Shown: positions 1 through 11,072, counted from the stretch's first letter. The stretch is 64,000 bases of DNA from an uncultured Gammaproteobacteria bacterium (GCA_963797555.1 CAWCPV010000014.1:160001-224000), one strand, 5' to 3'. Notes: generated from the sequence alone by a model not told the origin. Program-made: numbers and translations.

Positions 1-416
1 GCCTAGACGACCTTCCAGAGGTGGTAGGCGTCGTCAAGGTGTCGAAGGGCACCGTGTCGATCGAGCGCCAGGGTCGCTCGCTGTCCGCGACGGTCGGCAC
101 GAGAGTGCTCCAGCCCGATCGCATCGTGACCGGCGAGGACGCTTCGGTGGGAGTCGCCTTTACGACAGCCTGTGCTATCGGCTGGTCCCGACAGTGTGCT
201 CGCGATCGATCGCTTCGCGTTCGACAGCACCACCTACGAGGGGAGGTTCGACGCTTCGTTCAAGCGCGGGACCTTGTTTTCAGTGGTCTCGGGGAAAATC
301 GTCAGGCGGTCACCTGGCGCGATGAAGGTCCGGACCCGGCTGCGGTGTTGGCAGTGCGCGGGACCGAATTCGCGGTGAAGACCACATCCGTCTGTGGAGG
401 GGGAGAAAGTGAATAG
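1..416 (+). CDS. FecR-domain protein, 5' end probably outside window, frameshifted
   Basis: Pieces in two frames join into a FecR-like sequence: VGVVKVSKGTV..DRIVTGEDASVGV / LSAGPDSVLAIDRFAFD..SGKIVRRSPGAMKVRT / LAVRGTEFAV. Confidence 0.75.
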   Translation, partial: LDDLPEVVGVVKVSKGTVSIERQGRSLSATVGTRVLQPDRIVTGEDASVGVAFTTACAIGWSRQCARDRSLRVRQHHLRGEVRRFVQARDLVFSGLGENRQAVTWRDEGPDPAAVLAVRGTEFAVKTTSVCGGGESE

Positions 417-999
417 GCTGCTGCTGATTCTGGTCGTGGCTGCGTTCCTAATTTCGGGCTGTGCGCCCCGCGACATGGTGGTGGTGCTGCCCAGCGAGGA
501 TGGGCACGTCGGCCAACTGCTGGTTACCCAGGACGGTAAGGAGACGGTCCTCGATACCGCGTACGCCTCGTTGAAGACCAGTGGTGAGGGCGGGATGGCG
601 AGAACATCGTCGAGCCCGAAAGAGGTAAAACAGGCGTTCGGTGCCTCCCTCGCGGCCCAGCCGATGCGTCCGGTCTCGTTCACTGTCTATTTCGTCGAAG
701 GGTCGGACGAACTGACGCCCGGGTCAATGCACCAAGTGGACGAAATCTTCGCTGAGATTCGCCGGCGTCCAGCACCTGAGGTGACGGTCATTGGGCACAC
801 CGACCGCGTCGGGTCGGTCGAGGACAATGATGCCCTTTCCCTGAGGAGAGCCGAAAGAGTGCGCAACGACCTCATCACACTCGGTATCCCGGCGGGCGAC
901 ATCTATGCGGCCGGACGGGGCGAGCGTGAACCCTTCGTGGCGACCGCGGACGAAGTGTCCGAGCCGCGGAACCGGCGCGTAGAGATCAGGGTGCGTTGA
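409..999 (+). CDS. OmpA-family lipoprotein
   Basis: Lipobox LISGC; OmpA C-terminal motifs VIGHTDRVGS..NDALSLRRAERV and NRRVEI. Confidence 0.9.
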   Translation: MNRLLLILVVAAFLISGCAPRDMVVVLPSEDGHVGQLLVTQDGKETVLDTAYASLKTSGEGGMARTSSSPKEVKQAFGASLAAQPMRPVSFTVYFVEGSDELTPGSMHQVDEIFAEIRRRPAPEVTVIGHTDRVGSVEDNDALSLRRAERVRNDLITLGIPAGDIYAAGRGEREPFVATADEVSEPRNRRVEIRVR

Positions 1000-1195
1000 C
1001 CGTCAGCGCGCCTCGCGGCACGGCGAGCACGGTGAAGTCGTCGCTCGCCTACGTGCCAGCCGCCAATGCGATGACGGTGTCCTGCACCGCCTCGACGAGG
1101 TGGCCGGGATGGTTGTCCTTTGCCCCGAAAGCGCTGCCTCGAACCTTTCACGCCCCAACAGCCGTCCCGAGGAGTCTATGGCTTCGGTAATTCCG
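985..1195 (-). pseudogene. PP2C/SpoIIE phosphatase C-terminal remnant
   Basis: GITEAIDSSGRLLGRERFEAAL ... SDDFTVLAV, with a frameshift and an in-frame stop. Confidence 0.6.
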
Positions 1196-1242
1196 AGGCA
1201 GTGCGCTGCTTGGGTGTATGTGCGGTACTGCCATGACCCAGA

Positions 1243-3173
1243 CGGATCTTCAACAGTCCCTGAAGCAGATCCCCGTTCAGACAATGACTTGCGGCGGTCG
1301 CGAGCGGGCGTGGCACCAGGACGCCGCTGACCGAGAGGGGATAGTGGTTCAGGCCAGGACGGTGCCCTCCATGCGGCGCACCGTCGGCGGCAGGGCCACG
1401 CCGACGGCTTGGAAGACCTTGCCGCAGGTGCCCTGGGCTTCAGCCCGCAGGCGAAAGCGCTTGCCTTCGTGCAAGACCTCGGTCTCGGTGAGGGCATCGA
1501 GATCGCGCACGATGTCGTCCCACTCCAAGGACTCGCCACGGGCTTCCAGACGCGCATGGAGATCCTTGCGCAAGATGAGCGCCAGGAACGAGCAGAACAC
1601 GTGACCGCGGATGGTCTCGTCGCAGCGGTGGAAGATGGGCCGGGTGGCGAGCAGCGACTTGGTGGTGCGAAACAGCTCCTCCACCATCCACAGCTACTTG
1701 TACTTCAGTGCCACCTCGGCGGCAGTGAGGTCGGTGTTGGTGCGCAGCACCCACTTGCCGTCGTAGCGCGCTTCGCGGCGCACCGCCTGCTCGTCGATGA
1801 CGAAGCGCTCGCCCTGGCCTGCGAGGTACTTGCGAAAGCCACGGTTGCCGATGAGCGCCTTGTCGCCCTGCTTGAGCTTCTCGCGCAACGCCGCCAGGAT
1901 GGCCGCACGGTCGGCTTCGTCCTTGCGCTTCTGGGCCTCGTTGAGGCAGACCACATAGCGGCGGCCCTCGACGTTGACCTCCTGACCCGCAGGGGGGCAG
2001 GGTCCTGGGCGTGGGCACCGGGTGGATGGACCACGCGATAGCGGCCGGCCCCGGGCCAGGACCTCCTCGCGCACCTCCTTGTGCCGGCACATGCGCGCCC
2101 CCAGGATGTAGCGCCAGCCCTGCGCTTCGAGATCCCCGAGCGTGGGCTGGCTGATCATGCCGCGGTCGGCTACCACGCACAGCTCCCCGATAGCAAAGCG
2201 CGTGCGCAGGCGCTCCACGATGGGCACCAGAGAAGTGACATCGCAGGTGTTGCCTGGCCACAGCTCGCAGCACACCGGCTGGCCTTCTCCGTCCAACACC
2301 GCGCCCACCACCATCTGCTTGAGATCCGGCCGGTGGTCCTTGCTGTGTCCGTACTGACCGAGGCTCTCTCCGCCCGCGCCCTCGAAGTACAAGGAGGTGG
2401 TGTCGAAGAACACACGTCCAGGGTAGTGAACAGGTCGCGGCGGTAGGCGAACAGGTCATCCTCGATGAGGTCCTTGATGCACCGCGGGGCGAACGGTGTG
2501 CGCCCGGCCTGCGCCTCCGCCGGCAGCGCCTCCCCCAGCCAGGCCATGGCCCGGTACAGGTGGTGGAGTCGAGCGCTTCGGTTCCCGGCAGCCGGTACAG
2601 CTCCCGCCAGCGCTCGGCCGCGCAATCCGAGCCCGGTGCGAGCAATCGGTGCAGCACCGTCAGGAACACCGCCCGCTCCACGGGAAAGCCGAACTGCCGC
2701 CGCGCCAGGCGCCGCTGCACCACCGCCTGGCAGCCGGTCTGCGCCCACAGCCGCTCGAAGATGAGCGCCGGCCCCACGCGCTCCGAGCTCACCACCGGCG
2801 TCTCGCCTGCGCCATGGGCATCGAGCATCAGCAGCGCCTCGCTGAAGCGCGCCGCTGAGCGCACCAGAGCGTCCAGCTCACCCGAGACGAGCAGCGTATC
2901 TAACCGCCCTAGTGTAGCCACCACCCGCTGTCGGGAACGCCCGTCTTCCCAGCGGTTCTCGACGACCTGAAGATACACCCGCTGCCCGGACTGTTTGCGG
3001 CGTAAGAACATGGCGGCCTCCCAAGAATGCCACCATGCTTATAGCCATTCATGAACACACAGCAACCTGACATAGCACTATGCGTGGCACCATAAGTCGG
3101 CCGATTTCCGACCGTCCGCCAGTCACATGGCGCCTTGCGGGCCGTCGTACCCCGACGACTGTTGAAGATGGGG
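1243..3173 (-). mobile_element. IS1634-family insertion sequence
   Basis: Terminal IRs cggatcttcaacagtc (1243-1258) / gactgttgaagatggg (3157-3172); flanking direct repeat caga (1239-1242, 3174-3177); transposase inside. Confidence 0.9.
1349..3011 (-). CDS. IS1634 DDE transposase (several frameshifts)
   Basis: MFLRRKQSGQRVYLQVVENRW..ATLGRLD; FFDTTSLYFEG..GHSKDHRPDLKQ; VADRGM; VEELFRTTK..RPIFHR..IRGHVFCSFLAL. Confidence 0.9.
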
Positions 3174-3243
3174 CAGAGCTATACCGGCTGGAGAGGGACG
3201 CCAGGGACGCCCACAGGGGCCTATGGATGCTGCCCGAGGCGCA

Positions 3244-3429
3244 GCAGAGGGTGGCGCCGTGAGTGGAGGCATCGTGGGCGTTCGGAGCACTGAAATGCCG
3301 GAGGCTTTCGACGCCGCCTGCTCCGGACTCGAATGCGGGGTGACATGGGAGTCGGCGGGGAGAAACTCCCGGAAACTGCTTGGCTCTCTCTTTCATTTCG
3401 ATGGCGGCTTCCGACCCAGAGCAGCCATT
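3244..3429 (+). repeat. SNase-tail + spacer + palindrome module, copy 1
   Basis: Aligns with 9160-9351 and 13276-13470; ends in palindrome atggcggcttccgacccagagcagccatt (3401-3429). Confidence 0.8.
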
Positions 3430-3600
3430 GGGCAGCCGATAGATCCGCCGCTCATCGGCAACAGCCCGCGACAGAGAGGTTGCGCGCCCATTGGACCGCC
3501 AGCCGGTCGGCGTTGGCGAAGCGGATCTCCGGGTAGCGCTCGACCTCTGCCAGGCGCGCCTGCTGGACGGCGCGCTGTAAACGAGGCAAGGGAGCAGGCC

Positions 3601-3840
3601 GTGGCACCGGTTCAGATCTTCCTGTCCACCGTGAGTGCGGAGTTCGCGAGCTACCGCGATGCCCTGCGCCGTGACCTCGACCGCCCCAACGTCACGGTCA
3701 AGGTGCAGGAGGACTTCATCGCCACCGGCACCGAGACGCTGGACAAGCTCGACGACTACATCCGCCAGTGCCACGCCGTGACCACCTGGTGGGCAACATG
3801 ACCGGGGCGCTGGCGCAGCCGCCCTCGGTGGCGGTGATAC
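3601..3840 (+). pseudogene. DUF4062 (TIR-like) domain protein, truncated
   Basis: IFLSTVSAEFASYRDALRRDL..VKVQEDF..TLDKLDDYIRQCHAV(HLVG); cut by an IS91-like remnant. Confidence 0.65.
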
Positions 3841-3930
3841 CAACCGCCCACCCACGCCCTTGCCCCTGCTGCGGTGCGCCCATGGTGATCCTCTCGACCT
3901 TCGAGCGCGCTCATGCCCCGCGTGCACCGA
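3841..3930 (+). pseudogene. IS91-family transposase C-terminal remnant
   Basis: PCPCCGAPMVILSTFERAHAPRAP resembles the C-terminus of integrase-associated IS91-like transposases. Confidence 0.6.
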
Positions 3931-4059
3931 CTGGAAGATTGCTTTGGACCTGCTGCTTACCGTGGTCGGCGGTAGGCGCCTGATAAGCCTCGGAGGAGGA
4001 AACCGCGGGGGGCGAACGATGAGGCCAGCGCAGGGAGGGGTGCTATGGGGATTTGAATG
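3931..4059 (-). repeat. End of integrase/IS91-like element, copy A
   Basis: Near-identical to 14553-14682; contains oriIS-like ttcaaatccccatagc on the minus strand. Confidence 0.8.
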
Positions 4060-4376
4060 TTGCCGGCTGGTCTTGGAATGTCCCATATCAAGACACAGCC
4101 CGACCCGACCGGTGGGCAGAATATGGGGCGTGTGCGCTGAAGCGCATGCCCTAGCTCTCCGACATCTGGCGAAGCTGGCCCGCTTGGCCGGGCTCACGTC
4201 GTCATCGTTCCAGCCGCCTTGACCTTGGTCGCCGAACCACTGCCTCGACATATTCGTCCCCGCTGGATAGCCCACGGATAGCAAATTACCCGAGCCAACA
4301 GCGACGCTTGGGTCGCAACAACTGTGAGTCAATCTACGAGGAAATGCGTTACTGTCGGAGAGACCCTTCATGGGTC

Positions 4377-6040
4377 CTATCCGTTAGAAACGAGGATCTC
4401 CCGCAGTCTCGCCCAGCTTTCCTCAGGCAAGGTGCTGAGCACCCGCACCAGGCGGGCGTCGCCGCTCTTCAAGACCATGCTCCGAACCTTCGAGGCCATC
4501 TCCTCGCCCTTTTGTACTTCGTGCTCGTCCAGATCCATACCTCGCACGATCGCCTCAGCACGCAGTGCTTCGTCTAACGTGAGGGTAAAGGCGGCACTGA
4601 ACGAGGATCCGCATACTTGGCAGGATGTCGCCATGGCAGGGTTGAGGGACCCGCAGTCGCCGCAGGGCTTGAACTGCCGCTTGGCCGCGGGAAACTCGTA
4701 CCCGCATTGCGGGCAGGTGTTCTTCCCAAGCCCGCATTCATGGCGGCAGATCGGACACCGTTTCATTCGCGGCTCTGTGTCCCCAGTCCGAGCCCCCGGT
4801 GACATCTCGTCCTCGACCCGGCGGGCATACCCTTCCAGGATCTCGAACGAGGGCATAACAACATAGGCGCGCGTGTCATCGTCCGGTCCTGCGGTCCGCA
4901 CGACGCGGCCGATGGCTTGGCGGAGGGCGAGTTCCGTTAGCGCGTGCGGCAGGTACACCAGCACCCGAAGGCGCCGAATATCCACCCCTTCGGAGACCAT
5001 GGCCACCGACACAAGCCAGCGCTTGTCGGTGTTGCGGAACGCCTTGATCTTGGCGTCCGGGTTCGGCATCTGGCTGTGTACCAGCAGCGCCGTATCCCCT
5101 TCGAGGCGCTGGATGAGCGTCACAAAGTACTTGGCCATCTCGATGGACGGGGCGATCACGAGCCCACCTGCTGCTGGCATCCGATACCGTAGCTCCGTGA
5201 GCTTGGCCCCGGCCCATGCCAACATCGTGGCCTGATAACCATTGGCCAGCGGGGTCCTGTTGTCGGCCTCATGCTGTGGCGTGCACGCCAGCCGATAGAA
5301 ATCGAGCACCCGTTGCAGCCCGGGAATGCGGACGAGATCAGGGGGGAGTTCTGCCTTCTGTTTGCCTGAGACCCTGACCGAATGTCCGTCTTCGAGATCG
5401 ACCGTGAAATGACCCTCGTGACGGTGGAACGTCACGGGACGGCAGTAGCCGAGGTCAACCGCCTCTCCATACGTCAGGGTGTAGGTGCCTTCCTCGGGGT
5501 GGGCAATCGCGCCGGTGTCATCGTAGGCAAGCCAGACCGATTGAGCGCCGTCAGACCGGATCGGTGTACCCGTCAGGACCAGGACGAACGCTGCGTCCGC
5601 AAAGGCGCTGTCGGCGCTGTCCCCCACGCGGCCTCAATGGCGGCGTGGTGGTGCTCGTCGCAGATGACCAGCACGCGGGCATGGCGGCACATCGCCTGGA
5701 GGGCATCCTGCAGGCCCTGCACGGCAGCCCAGGTCGCGCAAATGTCGGTGCTCAGGGCGCCGATATCGCCGTCCCGCCCGGTGACCTTGCTCATGAAGCG
5801 TCCGGTGACGCGGCGGAAGTCCTCGGCCCACTGGTTGACCACCTCGGCCCGCGGGGCGATCACGATGACCCGGTCAATCTCGCCGCGCTCAATGAGGGCG
5901 TCGGCAATCGCGCTGGCGCCGATCGTCTTGCCGGAGCCAGGCGCAGCATTGATCAGGAAATGCCGGTCCTGGCGCTGATCGAGCAGCCAATGGAGCGCTT
6001 TCGTGAGTGCATTCTCCTGCCAGGGACGTAGCCGAATCAT
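4377..6040 (-). CDS. SF2 DEAD/DEAH helicase with C-terminal double zinc ribbon (frameshift ~5625)
   Basis: LRPWQ, NAAPGSGKT, DEHHH, LTGTPIRSDG, MVSEGVDI, QAIGRVVR, four CxxC pairs; frameshift at a C-run. Confidence 0.85.
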
Positions 6041-6249
6041 TGCTTGGATCCTTTACGCAAGTTACACGTCCTACACAGGGCCTGGCCGTTGGCGACCACC
6101 GTCGCGCCACCGCGGGAGAACGGCACGATGTGGTCCGCATGGAAATCGTCGGTCAATGGCGCGCCGCACCGCTGACATCGACCTCCTGCCACCCAGGCGA
6201 GGATACGGCGTTGGCGATGGCTGAAGCCGCGCCTCATTTGCTTACCCAA
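6037..6249 (-). CDS. Small HNH endonuclease
   Basis: CQRCG..FHADHIVPFSRGG..NGQALCRTCNLRKG; 4-nt overlap with helicase start. Confidence 0.9.
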   Translation of the reverse strand: MGKQMRRGFSHRQRRILAWVAGGRCQRCGAPLTDDFHADHIVPFSRGGATVVANGQALCRTCNLRKGSKQ

Positions 6250-6506
6250 TACTCGGTGAGCTGAATCTCACGCACCGGGAGATTGGCCGGGGGTTGAAAC
6301 TGGGCGTGCCGATTGACTCGGGCGACCGCGGCGGCATAGGAGACCAGCCCGGATTGGATCACCCAGCCGTCGCGTCGCATGTCCGAGATCACCTTGGTCA
6401 GGCTCGGTACTCCGAACAGCGTCAGGGACTCCAGGTGGGTGATCCGATTTCCTGCGGCCAGATGCTCCTTGACGGCCAGCACCATGCCATGCCGCATCGA
6501 GGTCAT
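6234..6506 (-). CDS. Small winged-helix/HTH protein
   Basis: VKEHLAAGNRITHLESLTLFGVPSLTKVISDMRRDGWVI; overlaps both neighbours. Confidence 0.7.
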   Translation of the reverse strand: MTSMRHGMVLAVKEHLAAGNRITHLESLTLFGVPSLTKVISDMRRDGWVIQSGLVSYAAAVARVNRHAQFQPPANLPVREIQLTEYWVSK

Positions 6507-7113
6507 ACCCAGGCCTCCGTGTCCAAGTCCGCCAACGAACGCCCGATGTCGACGCTGTCCCCGTCGTTCTCGCGGTCCCTGCAACTCGTCTCCAGCGCGA
6601 GCACCCGCCAGCCGCCGTCGGCAAACGCGCGGTCGAGCGGCCACATGACGAAGGGCAAGCCACCGGTACGCAGATCGAACTCGGGCTCGTCGAGGGGACC
6701 AGCGAAGAGTTCCACAAGGGATGCTGCGCTCGCCATGATCTGCCGGGGGCTGAAGTCGGCGTCCAGGGAACGCCGGAGTCTCTTGGTACACTGCGAATAT
6801 CTGCTGTGAGCGAGTCAATGTGCTCTCCTGAGGTCCGCCACCCTCAGTGGATCGATGTGCTACCGGGCACGAGCCGGTAGGGCCGAATTCCCCGATCACT
6901 GTCTTCGACCGGTCTAAGCGCCGCAACCGCTTGCGAATTGCCCCCCAATACCCCTCGGAAGACCTTGACCGGATCATCGGTCACGACCAAGCCGAGTTCG
7001 GTCCCCGCATACAGCAGCGCAAACGAGATGCGCGCCGATGGGATTACGTCATCATCCCGCAGGCGCTGGATCAGGGTCCGCAGCCGTTCCATCGGGTTGT
7101 CCTGGGAAAGCAC
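6503..7113 (-). CDS. Hypothetical protein, probably one gene broken by a stop/frameshift
   Basis: Two protein-like ORFs (6844-7113, 6503-6736); ATGA overlap with the HTH gene. Confidence 0.45.
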
Positions 7114-7166
7114 ATGCTCTTGGTTGCTCGCATCGTCTTGTATGGCGGCTCGCCACCTGATGGATG

Positions 7167-8092
7167 TCAGTCGTACTCAGCGACGGCAGCGAGATGCACC
7201 ACACGGTCCTCGACGGTCAACACTGCCCCAGCGATGTTCATCCCATGCAGCCGCAGGTGCTGCCCTTCCCCGATGACGGAATATGCTTCAACGGGCGTAG
7301 CGGCGACGCGCTGGAGTAGCGAGTGCACCTGATCGAGCGAGACTTCCCCGCGGGGGCCGTCCTCCCCATCGAGCGCATCCAGCGCATACCCCGCCATGAT
7401 CTTGCCGAACAGCTTCTTGAAGGTCTCCGGATGGTCGAAGACCTCGACTCCATTAAGCTGTCCGCGGACGGCAAGGACACGCCGACCTGCTTGGGCTCAG
7501 GTTGCAGGGACGTTCGATAGGCGTCGACGCCCCGACGCCGCTGCTCGTAAAGATCGCTCATCGCTTCGGTCCTCGATCGCGCACGCATGCGCGACGACTT
7601 GGCAGCGATGTCTTGCCAGATCGCCCTCTGGTCAGCCTGGCAGGAGCCGTGATGCCTCAAGTTCTGAGAGACCTGGTGTATCTTTGCCGCACGGGCGCTG
7701 GCATAGAGCGTACGGTCAGCCGACCGAAATTCCTGCGAGACGTACGCCCAGCGGCCCCGTTCAACACATGAGACGGGAATGCGGATCTTCTTGAGGGGAC
7801 CGACCAGGATCGTGAGGTTGACGATTCGGTTCTGACGAGCACCGACCAACTCTTCGCCGTCCACTAGCAACACGGGCTTGTCTGAATAGTTTTCGAACCA
7901 AAGCTCGGGGACGCTGCCGCCTTCCGACACCTCGGTGACCCTGGCGAGGCTCCGCGCCAATGCTTCATCGAGCGTTAGGTAGGAAGCAGGTATATCGGTC
8001 TCGGCAAACAGTGGCACCATAGTCACGGCGCGGAAGGATCGAGGGACGCCGATGCTTAGCCGTTGCAGGACTTCTTTGATTTGGACAACCAT
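7167..8092 (-). CDS. ARPP-1 / DUF6569-family protein (frameshift ~7475)
   Basis: YLTLDEAL..VTEVSEGGSVPEL..N..DKPVLLVDGEELVGARQNRIVN..IPVSCVERGRW; RBS ggagagga. Confidence 0.8.
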
Positions 8093-8124
8093 TGTTTCCT
8101 CTCCGATTCGGTACACCACTCCTC

Positions 8125-8140
8125 TGCAGTAGGCGTGCCA
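8125..8140 (-). promoter_or_regulatory. Putative sigma-54 promoter
   Basis: TGGCACGCCTACTGCA (GG-N10-GC) about 33 nt upstream of the ARPP-1 start. Confidence 0.55.
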
Positions 8141-8269
8141 ATGGCACACGAAAACCGAGGATGTTAAGCATGATCAACGCATTAAGGCCGTTTCGACCTC
8201 CATGGCGTTGACCGGCCTCAGCGACATAGGATAAGATTGTTTGCGAAACAGAATAGGCTTTACGTCCGG

Positions 8270-8340
8270 CATGGTCTTCGACGCCGCAGCAGCCGAGCCC
8301 GTGCCGGCCTTCGAATTCGGCCAGACCCTCTCCTGGTGGA
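8270..8340 (+). pseudogene. Possible IS91/ISCR transposase C-terminal remnant
   Basis: AEPVPAFEFGQTLSW resembles the P.P.YEFDQR..W terminus of IS91-family transposases. Confidence 0.35.
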
Positions 8341-8615
8341 CCTCGCGGCGCCACCCCTCAGCAAGAAGCACGGCGGCGTTCACGCAACTCAGCGGGAAGC
8401 ACCCCAACAGCAGCCCACAAGCAATCCCAGGGCGCAAGGCTGCGCCTGCATCGGGCACCCCGACACGGCCGTTTCGCAGACCGCATCAAATCCTGCCGAG
8501 GACGCGGTCCCGGTGCACGCCCCTGTGCGGCCCGCCGCCCAAGTTGGCAGGCCGCTAGCTTCCTTGCTAGGATTTTTAGGAAGCGCCGAAAAGCAACTTC
8601 CCCCAACGGATTGCG

Positions 8616-9107
8616 ATGAGATTTTCAGCTCTTTCGCTGTTTCTGGGCAGCCTGTCCAGCGCCGCATTGGCGGGTGGTCTGAGCGAGATCGAGCTTCTCG
8701 ACGGAAGCAAGCTGTATGGAGAGATCGTCTCCGTTCGGAAGGACATATACAGGGTAAAGTCTCCCAGTCTCGGTACCATCGACATCGACAGCTCCAAGAT
8801 CCGGCTGATTCGCTTGAAGCCGACTAGCGCGCAAACAGAGGCACAGACCGGGGTATCGACCGGAATCGATTCTGCGCGTCGCTCGGAGATCGAAGTCCTG
8901 CAGAAATCCATGGTGAGCGATCAGGCCACCATGAGTCTGATCACGTCTCTTCAGAACGACCCCGAAGTGCAGGCGCTGTTGAAAGATCCGGCGATCATGT
9001 CTGCAGTGACCTCCGGTGACGTGACGACCCTCATGGCCAATCCCCAGTTTCTCCAGCTCTTGCAGAATCCGAAGATCCAGGAGATCGAGAGGAAGGCCAT
9101 CCGCTGA
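8616..9107 (+). CDS. Exported hypothetical protein with STI1-like helical C-terminus
   Basis: Signal peptide; [15 protein letters not shown]; [29 protein letters not shown]. Confidence 0.7.
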   Translation: MRFSALSLFLGSLSSAALAGGLSEIELLDGSKLYGEIVSVRKDIYRVKSPSLGTIDIDSSKIRLIRLKPTSAQTEAQTGVSTGIDSARRSEIEVLQKSMVSDQATMSLITSLQNDPEVQALLKDPAIMSAVTSGDVTTLMANPQFLQLLQNPKIQEIERKAIR

Positions 9108-9159
9108 AAGTCGCCTCCTCACGCATCATTCCGGCGCTGGATTCGGGATCTCGCGATGC

Positions 9160-9351
9160 GCAGAGGGTCGCACCGTGGGACCGGAGATGCGCCCTCACAC
9201 TGAAGGCCGCCTGCTTTCTACCTCGCCTGGTCCGGACCCGCATGCGGGGTGACATGGGAGCGGCGGAGAGAAACCCCCGGCACCCGATTGGATCTCTATC
9301 TTTTGATGGCCGCTTCCGACCCACAACGGCCATTCGCCTCCGGCACGACAT
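9160..9351 (+). repeat. SNase-tail + spacer + palindrome module, copy 2
   Basis: gcagagggtcgcaccgtggg ... atggccgcttccgacccacaacggccatt (9306-9334). Confidence 0.8.
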
Positions 9352-9374
9352 ACCAGGTTGGAGAAGGCTGAAGC

Positions 9375-9440
9375 TTGACCGCTCCCCGCCACAGGACTAC
9401 CTTCCTCCTACGCCACGTGCGGTTAAATTTCCTATCCTTC
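9375..9440 (+). promoter_or_regulatory. Orphan ISCR/IS91 oriIS-like end with outward sigma-70 promoter
   Basis: TTGACC-N17-TACCTT, then gcggttaaatttcctatcc directly before the cpo RBS. Confidence 0.6.
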
Positions 9441-9454
9441 AAGGAGACAATGCC

Positions 9455-10279
9455 ATGCCTATCATCACGACCAAAGACGGCGTTGAGATCTTCTACAAGG
9501 ACTGGGGCAAGGGTCAGCCCATCGTGTTCAGCCATGGGTGGCCGCTGTCGGCAGATGACTGGGACACGCAAATGCTGTTTTTCCTGCGTCACGGCTATCG
9601 CGTCATAGCCCATGACCGCCGTGGCCACGGCCGGTCCACGCAAACGGGCGACGGTCACGACATGGATCATTATGCTGACGATCTTGCGGCGCTTACCGCG
9701 CATCTCGACCTGAAGAATGCCGTGCATGTCGGTCACTCCACCGGCGGCGGCGAGGTGGCGCATTACCTGGGACGGCATGGCGAAAGCCGGGTGGCCAAGG
9801 CGGCGCTCATCAGTGCGGTGCCGCCGCTAATGGTGAAGACAGCGGCCAATCCGGGGGGCCTCCCCAAGGAAGTGTTCGACGGGTTGCAAGCGCAGCTCGC
9901 GGCTAATCGCTCGCAATTCTATCGCGACCTGCCAGCGGGGCCTTTCTATGGCTTCAACCGACCGGGCGTGAACGCCTTAGAGGCAATCATTCAAAACTGG
10001 TGGCGTCAGGCCATGATGGGCGGAGCGAAGGCACACTATGATGGCATCGTTGCCTTCTCACAGACCGACTTCACCGACGATCTCAAGAAGATCACGGTAC
10101 CGGTGCTGGTCATGCACGGGGACGACGATCAGATCGTTCCCTACGCTGATGCCGGGCCGTTGTCAGCGAAGCTACTGAAGAACGGGACGCTGAAGACCTA
10201 CAAGGGCTTTCCGCACGGCATGCCTACCACGCAGGCGGACACGATCAACGCCGACCTGCTCGCGTTCATCAAGGACTGA
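9455..10279 (+). CDS. cpo: Non-heme chloroperoxidase (alpha/beta hydrolase)
   Basis: [49 protein letters not shown]. Confidence 0.95.
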   Translation: MPIITTKDGVEIFYKDWGKGQPIVFSHGWPLSADDWDTQMLFFLRHGYRVIAHDRRGHGRSTQTGDGHDMDHYADDLAALTAHLDLKNAVHVGHSTGGGEVAHYLGRHGESRVAKAALISAVPPLMVKTAANPGGLPKEVFDGLQAQLAANRSQFYRDLPAGPFYGFNRPGVNALEAIIQNWWRQAMMGGAKAHYDGIVAFSQTDFTDDLKKITVPVLVMHGDDDQIVPYADAGPLSAKLLKNGTLKTYKGFPHGMPTTQADTINADLLAFIKD

Positions 10280-10390
10280 TTGAGGCCACCATCAGGAAAG
10301 CGGCCACACGCCGCCCTCGGCGAAGGGCGCGGAATCACGAGAGTGCGGGAGGGAAGCGGACACGGTGGCAGCCGGCGTGGCGAGCCCTAA

Positions 10391-10760
10391 TCACGCGGCT
10401 CTCGCCTTCTGCTGGCCTTCCCCTCCGGCTGCACGCCATCGATGAAGGCGATACCGGCGCGAACCAGCGTGAGCAGGCGTGCGCCGTCGAGCCGCCGCCA
10501 CCGCACCTGCGCCATGTCCGGCAGTTTGTGGGCCATCAAAGAGCCCCTTCGTGCGTGAGCAGGCGCCCTTCGTCACGCGCTGCCGCAGCCGCACCGTCGC
10601 GAACGGCATTCGATTACGTAGCTGGTCCGCAGATGCTTCCAGTGCTCAGCGGGGAAGTCGAAGAACGTGAGCAGCACGTCAGCGTCCTTCTCCAGGGTCG
10701 TGACGGCCTTCGGGTACTCTGGGACGTACTCGGTGCCGAACCGCTGTACCGCGTCAGGCG
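10391..10760 (-). pseudogene. IS256-family transposase C-terminal remnant
   Basis: YPKAVTTLEKDADVLLTFFDFPAEHWKHLRTS..IE..PFATVRLRQRVTKG. Confidence 0.85.
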
Positions 10761-10769
10761 ATGGCACAG

Positions 10770-10890
10770 CTCCAAGCGGGGAGATCGGGCAATCCCAGAG
10801 GCAAGCCCAAGGCGCCAAGGACAAACGCACCGGGCTGCGGGCGCTGCTCCAGCCCCATGCCGATGCGTTGGTGAAGAAGGCCGTAGTAAT
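10770..10890 (+). pseudogene. DUF5681-like fragment
   Basis: SGNPRGKP(K)GAKDKRTGLRALLQPHADALVKKAV. Confidence 0.5.
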
Positions 10891-11072
10891 ACCGGAATCA
10901 GTGCCCGGATTCGCGCGGAATCCGCAGTCCTCGGCCGCTTCCGGGGACTTCTGCCGAAGCGCAGCGGCCATCGCCGCTATCTGCGCCCGCCCGCGCCTGC
11001 GATCACAGCGTCACGTCTCGCCTCGCTCCACTTCCACTTCGGCAAAGCGACAATCCCCGAACGCCTTCCGCC

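Larger units (their letters stand above)
1200..3275 (+). pseudogene. Thermonuclease (SNase) 3' part split by IS1634
   Basis: AAWVYVRYCHDP ends at 1242 and ELYRLERDARDAHRGLW..QRVAP resumes near 3174; this is contiguous in the paralogue at 13180-13300. Confidence 0.8.
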
